Shown: positions 15,131 to 25,198 of the stretch, in pieces
Numbering within the stretch: position 1 is the stretch's first letter
Layout of the letters: each line of letters starts with the position of its first letter
Made by a program: the position numbers and the translations under genes
Notes under the pieces: generated by a model
The model's database searches: none
Told to the model about the DNA's origin: nothing
Seen by the model: the letters and a program-made list of their open reading frames with translations, nothing else
Source: Bacteroidota bacterium
GTDB lineage: Bacteria > Bacteroidota > Bacteroidia > Bacteroidales > VadinHA17
Assembly (NCBI GenBank): GCA_011049175.1
Contig: DSCJ01000100.1
Coordinates: 673-64,672 of the forward strand
Length of the DNA stretch: 64,000 bases
Direction of reading: 5' to 3'

Positions 15131-16168
15131 TTACTTCACATGGAAAGCAAAAATCGTGCTATGTTTAAACAGCTCCCCTTCACGCAGCACGGTAGATGGA
15201 AAATGCGGATGATGAGGAGAATCAGGAAAATGCTGGGTTTCCAGACAAAATGCAGAATGCCTGCCGTAGGATACTCCCCCTTTTCCTTTCAGGCTCCCAT
15301 CGAGAAAATTTCCCGTATAGAACTGCACACCGGGCTGGGTAGATATAACCTTCAACACCCTGCCTGAAAGGGGATCATACACTTCCGCCACGGGGACCGG
15401 CACATTTTCTTCTTTTCTGTCGATCACATAATTATGGTCATACCCAGGAGGCACCCGGTCAATATTTTTCCCTACAGGCGTAGGCATGGTAAAATCGAAT
15501 GGTGTGCCGCGAACATCCAGAAACTTACCGGTAGGTATGAGTCCTTCTCCGGCTTCGGTAATGGACCGGGCATGGATCATTACCTGGTAATCATAAATAT
15601 TTTTCCGGAAAGCAGTCAGATTAAAATAACTGTGGTTGGTCAGATTAAGGATGGTAGGCCGGTCGGTCCGGGCTTCGGTATCGAGGGTGATTTGGTTTCC
15701 CGGCCCCAGGGTAATGCGGTGCCGCACATCCAGGTTTCCCGGGTATCCTTCTTCCAGGTGTTCGCTGCGATAACTGAGCAATACCGAGGGATAGGGCCGG
15801 TCATTCACTTCCATGATATTCCATACTTTTTTATCGAAGCCTTCCACGCCTCCGTGCAGGTGGTTGTCTCCGTTATTCCGGGCCAGCGAATAGGTCACAC
15901 CGTCCAGTTCAAATTGCCCTCCTGCAATGCGGTTGGCATACCGGCCCACCATGCATCCGAAATAAGGATGTTCATGCAGATATGCCCCGAGGTTGTCAAA
16001 GCCTGCCACCACATCTTCCGATTTACCGTTCCTGCCCGGGACTTCCAGAGAAGAAATAGTCGCCCCGTAGGTAATCAGTTCCAGTTTCAATCCGGTTTTA
16101 TTCCTCAGAATGAGCTTTTCCACTTTTTTTCCGCCGGGTGTTTGCCCGAAAACCACATGATGGATCAT
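15131..16168 (-). CDS. galM: Aldose 1-epimerase (galactose mutarotase)
   Basis: 345 aa: ..LITYGATISSLEVP..DVVAGFD..YFGCMVGRYANRIAGGQFELDG.TY.LARNNG.NHLHGG..GFDK.VW..NLTNHSYFNL.. These are canonical mutarotase motifs. Confidence 0.9.
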   Translation of the reverse strand: MIHHVVFGQTPGGKKVEKLILRNKTGLKLELITYGATISSLEVPGRNGKSEDVVAGFDNLGAYLHEHPYFGCMVGRYANRIAGGQFELDGVTYSLARNNGDNHLHGGVEGFDKKVWNIMEVNDRPYPSVLLSYRSEHLEEGYPGNLDVRHRITLGPGNQITLDTEARTDRPTILNLTNHSYFNLTAFRKNIYDYQVMIHARSITEAGEGLIPTGKFLDVRGTPFDFTMPTPVGKNIDRVPPGYDHNYVIDRKEENVPVPVAEVYDPLSGRVLKVISTQPGVQFYTGNFLDGSLKGKGGVSYGRHSAFCLETQHFPDSPHHPHFPSTVLREGELFKHSTIFAFHVK

Positions 16169-16275
16169 AGCATCAGGTTATTAACGTTTTTTATTTACTT
16201 CCTCTAAAGATAATAATCCCCACACATTATCCAATTAATGAAATATCTGTTTCACGGAAGCTTATCCTGTTTTTT

Positions 16276-17316
16276 TCATAATGCTGCCGTACGACGCCGG
16301 TACCATCCCCATCGAATACACAGGCCTGTTCCTGTCCATATACCGAGAAACATCACAAGGAAAGCAGAAATAAATTCTCCCCCGGAGGTTTCCAGAAAAG
16401 CCCAATGGTCAGCAAGCCAGGTGCGGAGAACAATCAAACCTCCCATGAGAACCAGTAGCAGCAGCACCCGGAACAGGGCATGCACGGCATGTCCTGTATG
16501 TTCGGGAAAACCTCCGGCAACGATCAGCACAAAAGCGAGGTTAAACCCGATCAGCTGACCGGCCAGGTCAACGGGTGTTTCCGGAAAAAAGAGCATTGCC
16601 GCGGGCAGAACAAACAGAACAAGCCACCACACCCAGTGGACCCTGAAATGAAAGAAAGCCATGAACCGGGTTCCCAGAAACTTCCTGAAAGCAGGCGGTC
16701 TCAGCAGTACAGACCATGCTATCAGAACGATCATGCCTCCCAGGGCCAGGCCTCCCAGGGTATCGGCCAGAAAATGGCGTGCCAGGAAAATCCGTGATAC
16801 AGGCATGGAGAGTATAAAAAACACCGACAGGATACGCACCCAGGTATTCCGGTACAGAAGGAAAAGTGTGCCAAAAAAGGTGGTGGAAATGGTAACGTGC
16901 CCCGATGGAAATCCGTAGTTTGACAGCCCTGCCTCCCTGAGATGCAAAACGATTTCGGAAGGCAGTGTCCCCCAGAAGCTGTTACTTCCTGTTGACCGGA
17001 ACCGGTCGGCCGGAAGGGTGTACTCTGCGCCGAACGGCATCAAAGAGGAATCGACATCGAAGGGGCGGGGAAGGGCAAACAGGTTTTTGAAAAACCCAAT
17101 AAAGAGGCTTGCCCAGGCGGTAACCTGGATCATGACAAAACCCTTTCTGAAGTGAAACCCGTACATCAGAATGAGCAGCAGGGGGATGATCACGAAGGTA
17201 TTTCCAAAATAGCTGATAGTTTTCATCAGCCATGCAAAAAACTCAGAATCTATGGATTGCAGCAAATGATTGAACTCGGTGCTGAACATATTTTCCCGTT
17301 TCAGATTATTTTTCAA
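16276..17316 (-). CDS. PAP2-family phosphatase fused to additional TM helices
   Basis: The three PAP2 motifs are present: K..FALPRP, FPSGH, and SRIFLARHFLADTLGG. The protein is polytopic. Confidence 0.85.
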   Translation of the reverse strand: MKNNLKRENMFSTEFNHLLQSIDSEFFAWLMKTISYFGNTFVIIPLLLILMYGFHFRKGFVMIQVTAWASLFIGFFKNLFALPRPFDVDSSLMPFGAEYTLPADRFRSTGSNSFWGTLPSEIVLHLREAGLSNYGFPSGHVTISTTFFGTLFLLYRNTWVRILSVFFILSMPVSRIFLARHFLADTLGGLALGGMIVLIAWSVLLRPPAFRKFLGTRFMAFFHFRVHWVWWLVLFVLPAAMLFFPETPVDLAGQLIGFNLAFVLIVAGGFPEHTGHAVHALFRVLLLLVLMGGLIVLRTWLADHWAFLETSGGEFISAFLVMFLGIWTGTGLCIRWGWYRRRTAAL

Positions 17317-17403
17317 AGAAACAAAAAAACCGTCAAAGGAAGGGGGGTCTGTTGGCGTATTTTTAAAAAGATTCGTAGTATTACGAACATTTTCTTTACC
17401 GTT

Positions 17404-18816
17404 ATGAACCGCAGGAAGGACCGTTCAGCCATTTACCGTTTCGCATCGGATATCGGGGAATCCATCCGGGGCACCGAAATGGATTTCACACGGGAGCGTC
17501 TGGGACGTGCCATTCTGCTTCTTGCGGTGCCTATGATCCTGGAAATGATAATGGAATCGGTTTTTGCACTGGCTGATATATTCTTCGTATCGAAACTCGG
17601 ATCGGATGCCGTGGCCACGGTGGGTATTACCGAATCGCTGATGACGGTGATTTATGCGCTGGGAGCCGGTCTGGGAGTGGGCACTACAGCACTGGTATCC
17701 CGCCGCACAGGAGAGAAAGACAGGACAGGTGTATCCACCGCTGCCACGCAGGCCATTTTCGTGGGTTTTCTGGTTTCGGTTCCCATCGCCCTGGCAGGTA
17801 TATTCTTTTCGCGGGAGTTTCTTCATCTGATGGGGGCCAGCAGGGAAATTACCGAGCAGGGATACCGGTATACCTCGATAATGATCGGGGGAAACCTGGT
17901 GATTATGTGGCTTTTTATCATTAATGCCGTTTTCAGAAGCGCCGGCGATGCAGCCATTTCGCTCAGGGTTCTGTTTCTTGCCAACGGGTTGAATCTGATT
18001 CTTGACCCCCTGTTTATTTTTGGGCCTGGACCAATACCGGAATGGGGAGTTGAAGGAGCGGCCATTGCCACTACCATGGGAAGAGGGCTGGCCGTTATTT
18101 ATCAGTTTTTTAAACTGTACCGGGGCAGCACCCGGGTAAAGATACGGCCAGGTGACATGAAACCGGCTCCCTCGGTAGCCATGAAGCTGATCAGGATTTC
18201 TGCCGGCGGAATCGGCCAGAATATTATTGCCACTTCCAGCTGGATTGGGCTGATCCGTATCATAGCGGAATTCGGGAGTGAGGTGCTTGCCGGTTATACC
18301 ATTGCTATCCGGATCGTCCTTTTCAGCATGCTTCCTGCATGGGGACTCAGCAATGCAGCAGCCACACTTACCGGGCAAAACCTGGGAGCCCGGCAGCCCC
18401 GGAGGGCGGAACGGTCGGTGTGGCTAACCAGCAAAATCAATATGATATTCCTTGGTTTGGTAGCCCTGTTTCTTATAATCAATCCGGCGCTGCTGATCCG
18501 ACTTTTTATTGACGAACAACGAGTAATTGAAGCCGGAGCGCAATGTCTGCGCATCATCAGTTACGGTTTTGTTTTCTATGCTCTGGGTATGGTCATGGTA
18601 CAGGCATTCAATGGAGCGGGAGACACCTTTACTCCTACCATTCTAAACCTTATATGTTTCTGGTTCATCGAAATTCCTCTTGCCGCTTTTCTGGCCTTCA
18701 CCCTGGGCATGGACCAGGACGGCGTTTACACTTCGATAGTGCTGTCGGAATCACTGATGAGTCTGCTGGCATGGATCCTGTTCAGGCGCGGAAAATGGAA
18801 GCTGAAGCATGTATAG
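17404..18816 (+). CDS. MATE family efflux transporter
   Basis: The track ORF 17152..18816 overlaps the PAP2 gene, so an internal start (MNRRK.. or MDFTRERLGRAILLLAVPMILEM at 17479) is more plausible. It has 12 TM helices and a MATE-type N-terminus (VPMILEMIMESVFALADIFFVSKLG). Confidence 0.85.
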   Translation: MNRRKDRSAIYRFASDIGESIRGTEMDFTRERLGRAILLLAVPMILEMIMESVFALADIFFVSKLGSDAVATVGITESLMTVIYALGAGLGVGTTALVSRRTGEKDRTGVSTAATQAIFVGFLVSVPIALAGIFFSREFLHLMGASREITEQGYRYTSIMIGGNLVIMWLFIINAVFRSAGDAAISLRVLFLANGLNLILDPLFIFGPGPIPEWGVEGAAIATTMGRGLAVIYQFFKLYRGSTRVKIRPGDMKPAPSVAMKLIRISAGGIGQNIIATSSWIGLIRIIAEFGSEVLAGYTIAIRIVLFSMLPAWGLSNAAATLTGQNLGARQPRRAERSVWLTSKINMIFLGLVALFLIINPALLIRLFIDEQRVIEAGAQCLRIISYGFVFYALGMVMVQAFNGAGDTFTPTILNLICFWFIEIPLAAFLAFTLGMDQDGVYTSIVLSESLMSLLAWILFRRGKWKLKHV

Positions 18817-18839
18817 GCCGATATGCCAGGCCGTGCCAG

Positions 18840-21284
18840 CTATTCATGCCGGATGGTATCGGTAATCCTGCGGCGGGAAGCCATCCAGGTTTGATATCCT
18901 ACCGTAAGCAGGGCAGCCACAACGGTGATAAGCGCCGCCAGCCCCATGGTCCACCATGGGAATGATGCCCTGTACGGAAAATTCTGGAGCCAGTTTTTCA
19001 TACCCAGGTATGCCAGCGGCCAGGCAAGAACAGCAGCTACGAGGAACCAGATTAAAAATTCGCGCAGAAAGATCCTGATGATCTGGCCGGGACCTGCCCC
19101 CATGGCCTTTCTGATACCCACTTCCCGGGTGCGCTGGCCGGCAAGGAAAGAAACCATCCCCAGCAGACCCACACAGGCTATGATCACACTGAGCACTGAA
19201 AATATGGTAAAAAGTTCACCCATGCGAATTTCAGACTGATGCCATTCCCGGAAGCTGTCGTCGAGGAAAAAATAACTGAAGGGCTGGCCGGCGGTCATGC
19301 GTTCCCACCTGTCAGCCACCTCCTTCAGGGTAAACTCTTTGTATTGCGGATCGATTCTGGCCACCACGTAGCGGGGGGTCATCATCCAGCGGTCGGTTAT
19401 GATCAGGTTTCCGATGGGTTCATTCAAAGGGCGAAAATGAAAATCAGTTACCGCGCCAGTAACTTTCATGGTATATTTGTTCCATGATCCGGCAGGATGC
19501 AGGTACTCGCCCACCGGGTACTCAAGCCCCAGATTGTTCACGGCCGTTTCGTTCAGTATAACAGAAATGGTATCGGAATAGGAAGACGAAGCAAAAGGCT
19601 TTCCTTCGATCAGTTTCAATCCAAGTGTTTCAAACATTCCGTTATCTCCTGCCAGAAGCCTGGCCTGAATCACCTGGTCGGAAGGAGCTTGATGCTTTCT
19701 TACAATCACGGTATTCCAGCCGTCCATACCCGGCAGGGTACTCATCAACGAGGAGGACGATATCCCCGGAAGCTTTTTCAGTTCAAGGGCAAATGCTTCC
19801 ATTTTGCTTTCCAGTCCGTAAGCCCGGTCAACCACCAGTACATTCTCCCGTTCAAACCCCAGCTTCTTTTCACGAATAAACTGCAGTTGCTGATATATCA
19901 CCAGGGTAGAGATCACCAGCCCGATGGCCACGGAAAACTGGAAAATTACCAGCCCGGTTCTCAACCACATATGTCGGGGCCGTAGCCGGATCTTTCCCCT
20001 GAGCACGTGCAGTATCCCGGGAGAAGAATACGTAAGGGCGGAAATACCTCCGGAAAAAAGACCCATCAGAACAGTCAGGGTTACAGCCGAAGGCAGGAGC
20101 AACCAGTTCTCGAAGGCAAGCATGGTTAGGCTTTTCCCCGAGAGGCGGTTGAAAATGGGCAGCAGCAGTTCCACCAGGGTAAGTGCTATAAAGAATGCCA
20201 GCAGGCTCAGCAGAACCGATTCGGTCATTATTTGCCAGATGATCTGCCGGCGTTGGGAACCCATCACTTTTCGCACCATCATTTCCCTTGCCCGCGTGAA
20301 CGAGCGGGCTGTGGAAAGACTGGTAAAGTTGACATAGGCCAGAATCAGGATAAAAGCAGCCAGCAGAGAAAAGAAACGGATGTAGCTAATATTACCCACC
20401 GGCTCGATCTGCATGGGCGCTTTTGAGTTAAGGTATATGCTACGAACCGGTTCGAGAAAAAAATGCACCGAAGTTCCAGTCAGTTCACCGCTGTTTTCCA
20501 ACCCCATGCTTTTAACCAGCTGGTAACCGAAATACCGGTCGAGGAGCAGCCTGATCCTTCTTTCCAGCTCTTTCTGTTCGGTTCCGTCACGGGCCCGGAT
20601 GTACGTGTAAAAATTATCAATCAGCCAGTTATTATTTTCCAGCAGGGGGAAGGTACTGCTGCTGGCCAGGAAATCGATCCTGAGATGGGTATTACCCGGT
20701 GCATCCTCCATGACACCTGTTACTGTATAATCATTTCCGTCGGCTTCATGCAACACCTTTCCCACCGGATCATCGTTACCGAAGTATTTCCGGGCGGCCG
20801 ATTCGGAGATCACCATGGTGTGGGGGTCCTGAAGAATATTCTCCGGGTTGCCACGTAATAGTCTGTAGCTAAACACCTTGAAAAAATCCGGGTCGGTATA
20901 GTAATACCTGTTTTCCAGAAAACTTTTTTCCCCATAGCTCAATACTGTATTGATGCTTCTGTACAAACGGGTAGCAGCCAGTATTTCCGGAAATTCCTCC
21001 CTCAGGGTTTGTGCCAGAGGAGAAGGGGTAGTGACAACAAGAATTTCGCGCTCTCCAATCCTTCCCTCCTGCCCTACGCGATATATATTCTCTCCTTTGA
21101 TAAAGAACCGGTCATAACTCATTTCATCGTACACATACAATGAAATGAACAAAACACAGGCAATCCCCACCGCCAGACCGGTCAGGTTCACCAGGGTATG
21201 GAACCTGTACCTGATCATCTGACGAAAGGCTACTTTTAAATAATTTCCTATCATGTCCCGGGCAGTTCTGCAGCTGAAATACAA
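18840..21284 (-). CDS. FtsX/MacB-type ABC transporter permease (two FtsX domains)
   Basis: 814 aa. It begins IGNYLKVAFRQMIRYRFHTLVNLTGLAVGIA and has two large periplasmic domains. Each is followed by FtsX-type TM bundles (..REVGIRKAMGAGPGQII..). Confidence 0.85.
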   Translation of the reverse strand: MYFSCRTARDMIGNYLKVAFRQMIRYRFHTLVNLTGLAVGIACVLFISLYVYDEMSYDRFFIKGENIYRVGQEGRIGEREILVVTTPSPLAQTLREEFPEILAATRLYRSINTVLSYGEKSFLENRYYYTDPDFFKVFSYRLLRGNPENILQDPHTMVISESAARKYFGNDDPVGKVLHEADGNDYTVTGVMEDAPGNTHLRIDFLASSSTFPLLENNNWLIDNFYTYIRARDGTEQKELERRIRLLLDRYFGYQLVKSMGLENSGELTGTSVHFFLEPVRSIYLNSKAPMQIEPVGNISYIRFFSLLAAFILILAYVNFTSLSTARSFTRAREMMVRKVMGSQRRQIIWQIMTESVLLSLLAFFIALTLVELLLPIFNRLSGKSLTMLAFENWLLLPSAVTLTVLMGLFSGGISALTYSSPGILHVLRGKIRLRPRHMWLRTGLVIFQFSVAIGLVISTLVIYQQLQFIREKKLGFERENVLVVDRAYGLESKMEAFALELKKLPGISSSSLMSTLPGMDGWNTVIVRKHQAPSDQVIQARLLAGDNGMFETLGLKLIEGKPFASSSYSDTISVILNETAVNNLGLEYPVGEYLHPAGSWNKYTMKVTGAVTDFHFRPLNEPIGNLIITDRWMMTPRYVVARIDPQYKEFTLKEVADRWERMTAGQPFSYFFLDDSFREWHQSEIRMGELFTIFSVLSVIIACVGLLGMVSFLAGQRTREVGIRKAMGAGPGQIIRIFLREFLIWFLVAAVLAWPLAYLGMKNWLQNFPYRASFPWWTMGLAALITVVAALLTVGYQTWMASRRRITDTIRHE

Positions 21285-21417
21285 GAATTATACCCCGTCG
21301 TACAACTTTCTACTATTCAGGTATATGTAAAAATTACAGCCGAAGAAAACCGTCCGTTTCCGCACAATACAGTGTCCGGATTTGTACTGTTTCCCCGGGC
21401 CGGAATTCTTTCCCGTC

Positions 21418-22431
21418 TTATCTGCGGTAGAAACCCCGGTACCAGTCGACAAACTGACCGATTCCTTCTTCCACAGAAGTAGAAGGCTTGTAACCGCAAA
21501 CTTCATGCAGATGGGTGGTATCGGCAAAGGTTTCCGGAACATCGCCCGGCTGCAGAGGAAGGAATTCCTTCCGGGCTTCTGTTTCCAGCTTTTCTTCCAG
21601 TGTGCGGATAAAATGCATCAGGTCCACGGGCCGCGAATTTCCAATATTCAGGATTCTGAAAGGAGGCTTCCCCTGCGGGACTTTCCCCAGCAGGGCTTCC
21701 ACTCCCTTTACTATATCGTCAATATAGGTAAAATCCCTTTTCATATTTCCCTGGTTATACACCTCGATGGGTCGTCCGCCGAGAATCCGTTCGGTAAAAA
21801 GAAAGGCGGCCATATCGGGCCGTCCCCAGGGTCCGTATACGGTAAAAAAGCGCAATCCGGTAGCCGGAATACCAAACAGATGACTGTATGAATAGGCCAT
21901 AAGTTCATTGCTTTTCTTACTCACGGCATACAGACTGACCGGCGTATCCACCCGGTCGGCCTCTGAAAAGGGTTGTTTGGTGTTGCTTCCGTAAACACTG
22001 GAACTGCTTGCATACAGCAGGTGTTTTACGGGATAATGACGGCATGCTTCCAGTATATTTAAAAAACCGGTAATATTGCTGTCGATATATGTCTGCGGGT
22101 TTTTCAGGCTGTACCGCACACCCGCCTGGGCGGCCAGGTGTACCACCCGGTCGAAACGGTGCTCTTCAAACAGTTTGAGAATGCTTTCTCTGTCTTTCAG
22201 GTCGAGTTTTATGAACCGGTAGGCGGGGTTCCTGCTGCTCCTGGTAATCCTCCCGTATTCCAGACTGGCAGTATCAATGCCTGCTTCTTCCAGTCGGGCA
22301 TGTTTTAATGCCACATCATAGTAAGCATTGATATTGTCCAGTCCGATGACCTCGAATGACTGATCCACCAGCCGGTTGGCCAGGTGAAAACCTATAAAAC
22401 CGGCAGTTCCGGTGATCAGTATCTTTTCCAT
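21418..22431 (-). CDS. NAD-dependent nucleotide-sugar epimerase (UDP-glucuronate 4-epimerase-like SDR)
   Basis: MEKILITGTAGFIGFHL.. gives the Rossmann motif GxxGxxG. The catalytic YxxxK is in YAVSKKSNE. The length of 337 aa fits an extended SDR. Confidence 0.85.
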   Translation of the reverse strand: MEKILITGTAGFIGFHLANRLVDQSFEVIGLDNINAYYDVALKHARLEEAGIDTASLEYGRITRSSRNPAYRFIKLDLKDRESILKLFEEHRFDRVVHLAAQAGVRYSLKNPQTYIDSNITGFLNILEACRHYPVKHLLYASSSSVYGSNTKQPFSEADRVDTPVSLYAVSKKSNELMAYSYSHLFGIPATGLRFFTVYGPWGRPDMAAFLFTERILGGRPIEVYNQGNMKRDFTYIDDIVKGVEALLGKVPQGKPPFRILNIGNSRPVDLMHFIRTLEEKLETEARKEFLPLQPGDVPETFADTTHLHEVCGYKPSTSVEEGIGQFVDWYRGFYRR

Positions 22432-22540
22432 ACCACAGATAATGAAATATTGGATTCAGAGAACGAATATACAATGAAAATAACGGAAAAAAACGGAAGG
22501 ATATGAAAAAACACGGGAAATGGTCTGACACAGCGGGCAG

Positions 22541-25186
22541 TTATATTCTGACCCCAAGGACACAAATATCGTCTATCTGCTCATAATTCTCCATCCATTC
22601 ATCCAGCTTACGGGTAATGATTTCCAGTTGTTCCTTCATAGGCAGGGAAGCATGGGCCAGCAACATACGTTTGAAGGGTTTGTACATAAATTTCTTTCCG
22701 TCGGGGCCCCCAAACTGATCGGCATATCCGTCGGTAAACAGGAACACCCGGTCGCCTTCCATGAGAGGGATTTCATGATTGGTAAACTTATCCATCCGGT
22801 CATACAGGGCAATGGGCATTTTATCGGCCGGTATTTCATACAGCACATCGCCGTTTTGATCGTTTTTCATGGGCTGTCCCTTGTATACTTCCGGAGGTGC
22901 CAGGTCTTTATTCCTGATCAGGTAAAGGGAATTGTTGGCTCCGGCAAATTCCATCATTCCGGTATCATGGTGAACGGTAATAAGAGAAAGGTCCATTCCG
23001 TCGCGTTGTTCACCTGAAGTTCCTTTCTGACTGAGGGCTGTGATCACTTCCTTGCGCAGGCGTCTCAGAATAACGGCAGGTTGTGTAATGTACTCTTTCA
23101 CCACAATCTCTTTCAGCAGCGACATACCCAGCATGCTCATGAACGCTCCGGGAACACCGTGCCCCGTGCAATCGACCACAGTCAGCACGGTGGAATTTTC
23201 CAGGGTAGCCAGCCAGTAGAAATCGCCGCTCACAATATCCCGGGGACGGAACAGCAAAAAATGATCCCTGAAAAGGGTGGTGAGGCCTTCTGTTCCCGGA
23301 AGGGTTGACGACTGGATACGGCGGGCATATTCAATGCTTTTGGTGATTTCGGAATTGATTTCCCCGATCTTTTCGTTCTGGTCCGCCAGCATGTTCCGCT
23401 GGGCTTCAATTTCATCGCGCTGGGCACTGATCTCTTCATTTTTCTGCTCCAGGTCGGTATTTTTTTCTTCAATTTCCTTTTTTTGCCGGGCCAGGAGTGC
23501 ATTTTTGTGACGGCTTGAAATGAGGCTTCCCAGAATCACCAGAGCTACGAGAACTACCAGCACAATGATCAGGATCATGGCTTTTCTCGTGGTGCGCTGC
23601 CTTTCCAACTCCAGCTGATCCAGCTTCTTCTGCTGCTCGAGCAGGGCAATGGCCTGCTCCTGTTCCCGCTGTTTCTGCTCTTCCTCTCTCAGCCTCAGTT
23701 CAATGATCCGGTTTTCCTGTTCCAGGATCCGGTTCTCTCTTTCCCGCTGCTCTATGGCATGCTTTTGCCTGGCCAGTTCGAACGATTGCTGCAATCTTTC
23801 CCTTTCCAGTTGTTCCAGGTCTTTTTCCCGCCGCAGCAATTCCTTTTCCTGTTCCTCTTTTTCCAGTTGCAAAGTCAGCTGCCTGATAGCCAACTCCCTG
23901 ACCTCCTCCTCTTTCAGTCTCAATTTCAGCTCTTTCTCCGATTTTTCCAGTTCATAGCGCCTCCCCGCCAGTTCCTGTTCCCGTATCCTTCTTTCCAGCT
24001 CAATAGAATCCCTGATGCCCAGATACATTTCATAAAACTCCAGGGCCTGGATCGGATCGTTCCCTTCCCTGAGCACTCTGGAATAGGTAAGGTATGCCTC
24101 AGACAGTTTTTGTCTGTCATCTGCACGAACTGCCGACTCAATGGATTGTCTGCAGAAAGCTCCCGCATTGTACAGATCGCCGCTGTGATAATGGATCCGT
24201 GCCACCATATTTTCAATCCTCGATTTTTCAGCCGGCATATCCGACTCTTCCAGAAGGGCAATGGCATTGCTGAAATATTCCAGGGCTTCCTTTTGCTGGT
24301 CCATATTATGCAGGCAGGTAGCGGTATTTGTCATAAGCAGGGCCCTATCGGCCGCAGGTAATCCGGCCTTTTTGCCCAGTTCAATAGCTTCGAGATAACA
24401 ATCCAGAGCTGCCCGGTAATTTCCCATGCGGGTATAATTGAAACCCATATTATTGAGAATGGGCGGCATCTGCCGTTCTTCGCCTGTAGTTTCGAACCGC
24501 AGCAACAAGGCTTCGTTGGCCGCCAGGGCTTCGGTATATTCTCCGGCGGCATTCCAGGCTTCAGCCTGTAAAACAACCGCAGGTGTGTCGTCCATTCCGG
24601 CGCGGCGGGCATGTTCGGCCATCGACCGGTAACAGCGGGCGGCTGAATCGGGCATATTCTCCTTCATAGCCGATTCTCCCAGGGCTTCCATCAGCATGGA
24701 TTTCTCTTCATGATCCGCGACATCGGTCAGCTCGTAAGCTTTTCTGAGATATTCCCCCTCTTTGGCATATACCTCTTCCATGCTGTAATAACCTGCCAGT
24801 TGCAGGCACTCTGCCCTCCACCCGGCCGTATCGTTTTTTGACTCCAGGATGCCGGCCACACGAATCGAATAGGGAATAGCATCCCCCGGATGACCTTCCG
24901 TCACAGATATGTCGGCCAGCAGGTTCAATATGTTCAGTTCAGCCGGTATATGTCCCGACCGCATGGCATATTGCAATCCTTCCGTGGCACGGTCGAATGC
25001 CCTTTCAAGATCCCCCGCCCTGAAATAATACAGGGCCCGCTGATACAGGGTTTTGGCCACTACTGAGTCGGGCTTCTGATAAAGGGCGGCATCTCCGGAA
25101 TCCAGGTCGGGGATTTTGTTCTGTCCGCAGAAAATTCCTGCCAGTGTGAGAGCCAGGGAGGTGAGTATGAAAAACCGGGAGTTCAT
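22541..25186 (-). CDS. Transmembrane TPR / coiled-coil / PP2C (SpoIIE-type) protein phosphatase
   Basis: 881 aa. It has a signal or lipoprotein-like N-terminus and about 400 aa of TPR-like repeats. A ~140-aa E/R/Q/K/L coiled coil follows, then a TM helix (AMILIIVLVVLVALVILGSLI) and a second coiled coil. The C-terminus is a PPM/SpoIIE domain (DIVSGDFYW..VVDCTGHGVPGAFMSMLG..DGMD..FTDGYADQFGG). Confidence 0.85.
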   Translation of the reverse strand: MNSRFFILTSLALTLAGIFCGQNKIPDLDSGDAALYQKPDSVVAKTLYQRALYYFRAGDLERAFDRATEGLQYAMRSGHIPAELNILNLLADISVTEGHPGDAIPYSIRVAGILESKNDTAGWRAECLQLAGYYSMEEVYAKEGEYLRKAYELTDVADHEEKSMLMEALGESAMKENMPDSAARCYRSMAEHARRAGMDDTPAVVLQAEAWNAAGEYTEALAANEALLLRFETTGEERQMPPILNNMGFNYTRMGNYRAALDCYLEAIELGKKAGLPAADRALLMTNTATCLHNMDQQKEALEYFSNAIALLEESDMPAEKSRIENMVARIHYHSGDLYNAGAFCRQSIESAVRADDRQKLSEAYLTYSRVLREGNDPIQALEFYEMYLGIRDSIELERRIREQELAGRRYELEKSEKELKLRLKEEEVRELAIRQLTLQLEKEEQEKELLRREKDLEQLERERLQQSFELARQKHAIEQRERENRILEQENRIIELRLREEEQKQREQEQAIALLEQQKKLDQLELERQRTTRKAMILIIVLVVLVALVILGSLISSRHKNALLARQKKEIEEKNTDLEQKNEEISAQRDEIEAQRNMLADQNEKIGEINSEITKSIEYARRIQSSTLPGTEGLTTLFRDHFLLFRPRDIVSGDFYWLATLENSTVLTVVDCTGHGVPGAFMSMLGMSLLKEIVVKEYITQPAVILRRLRKEVITALSQKGTSGEQRDGMDLSLITVHHDTGMMEFAGANNSLYLIRNKDLAPPEVYKGQPMKNDQNGDVLYEIPADKMPIALYDRMDKFTNHEIPLMEGDRVFLFTDGYADQFGGPDGKKFMYKPFKRMLLAHASLPMKEQLEIITRKLDEWMENYEQIDDICVLGVRI

Positions 25187-25198
25187 GCCATCAGTTCA

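Noticed and set aside
23649-23957. Ser/Cys/Phe-rich ORFs (23649..23957 and 23759..24361, plus strand).
   Set aside because: They are antisense to the E/R/Q/K/L coiled-coil segment of the SpoIIE-type phosphatase. They are a low-complexity mirror of GAA/GAG/CAG codons.
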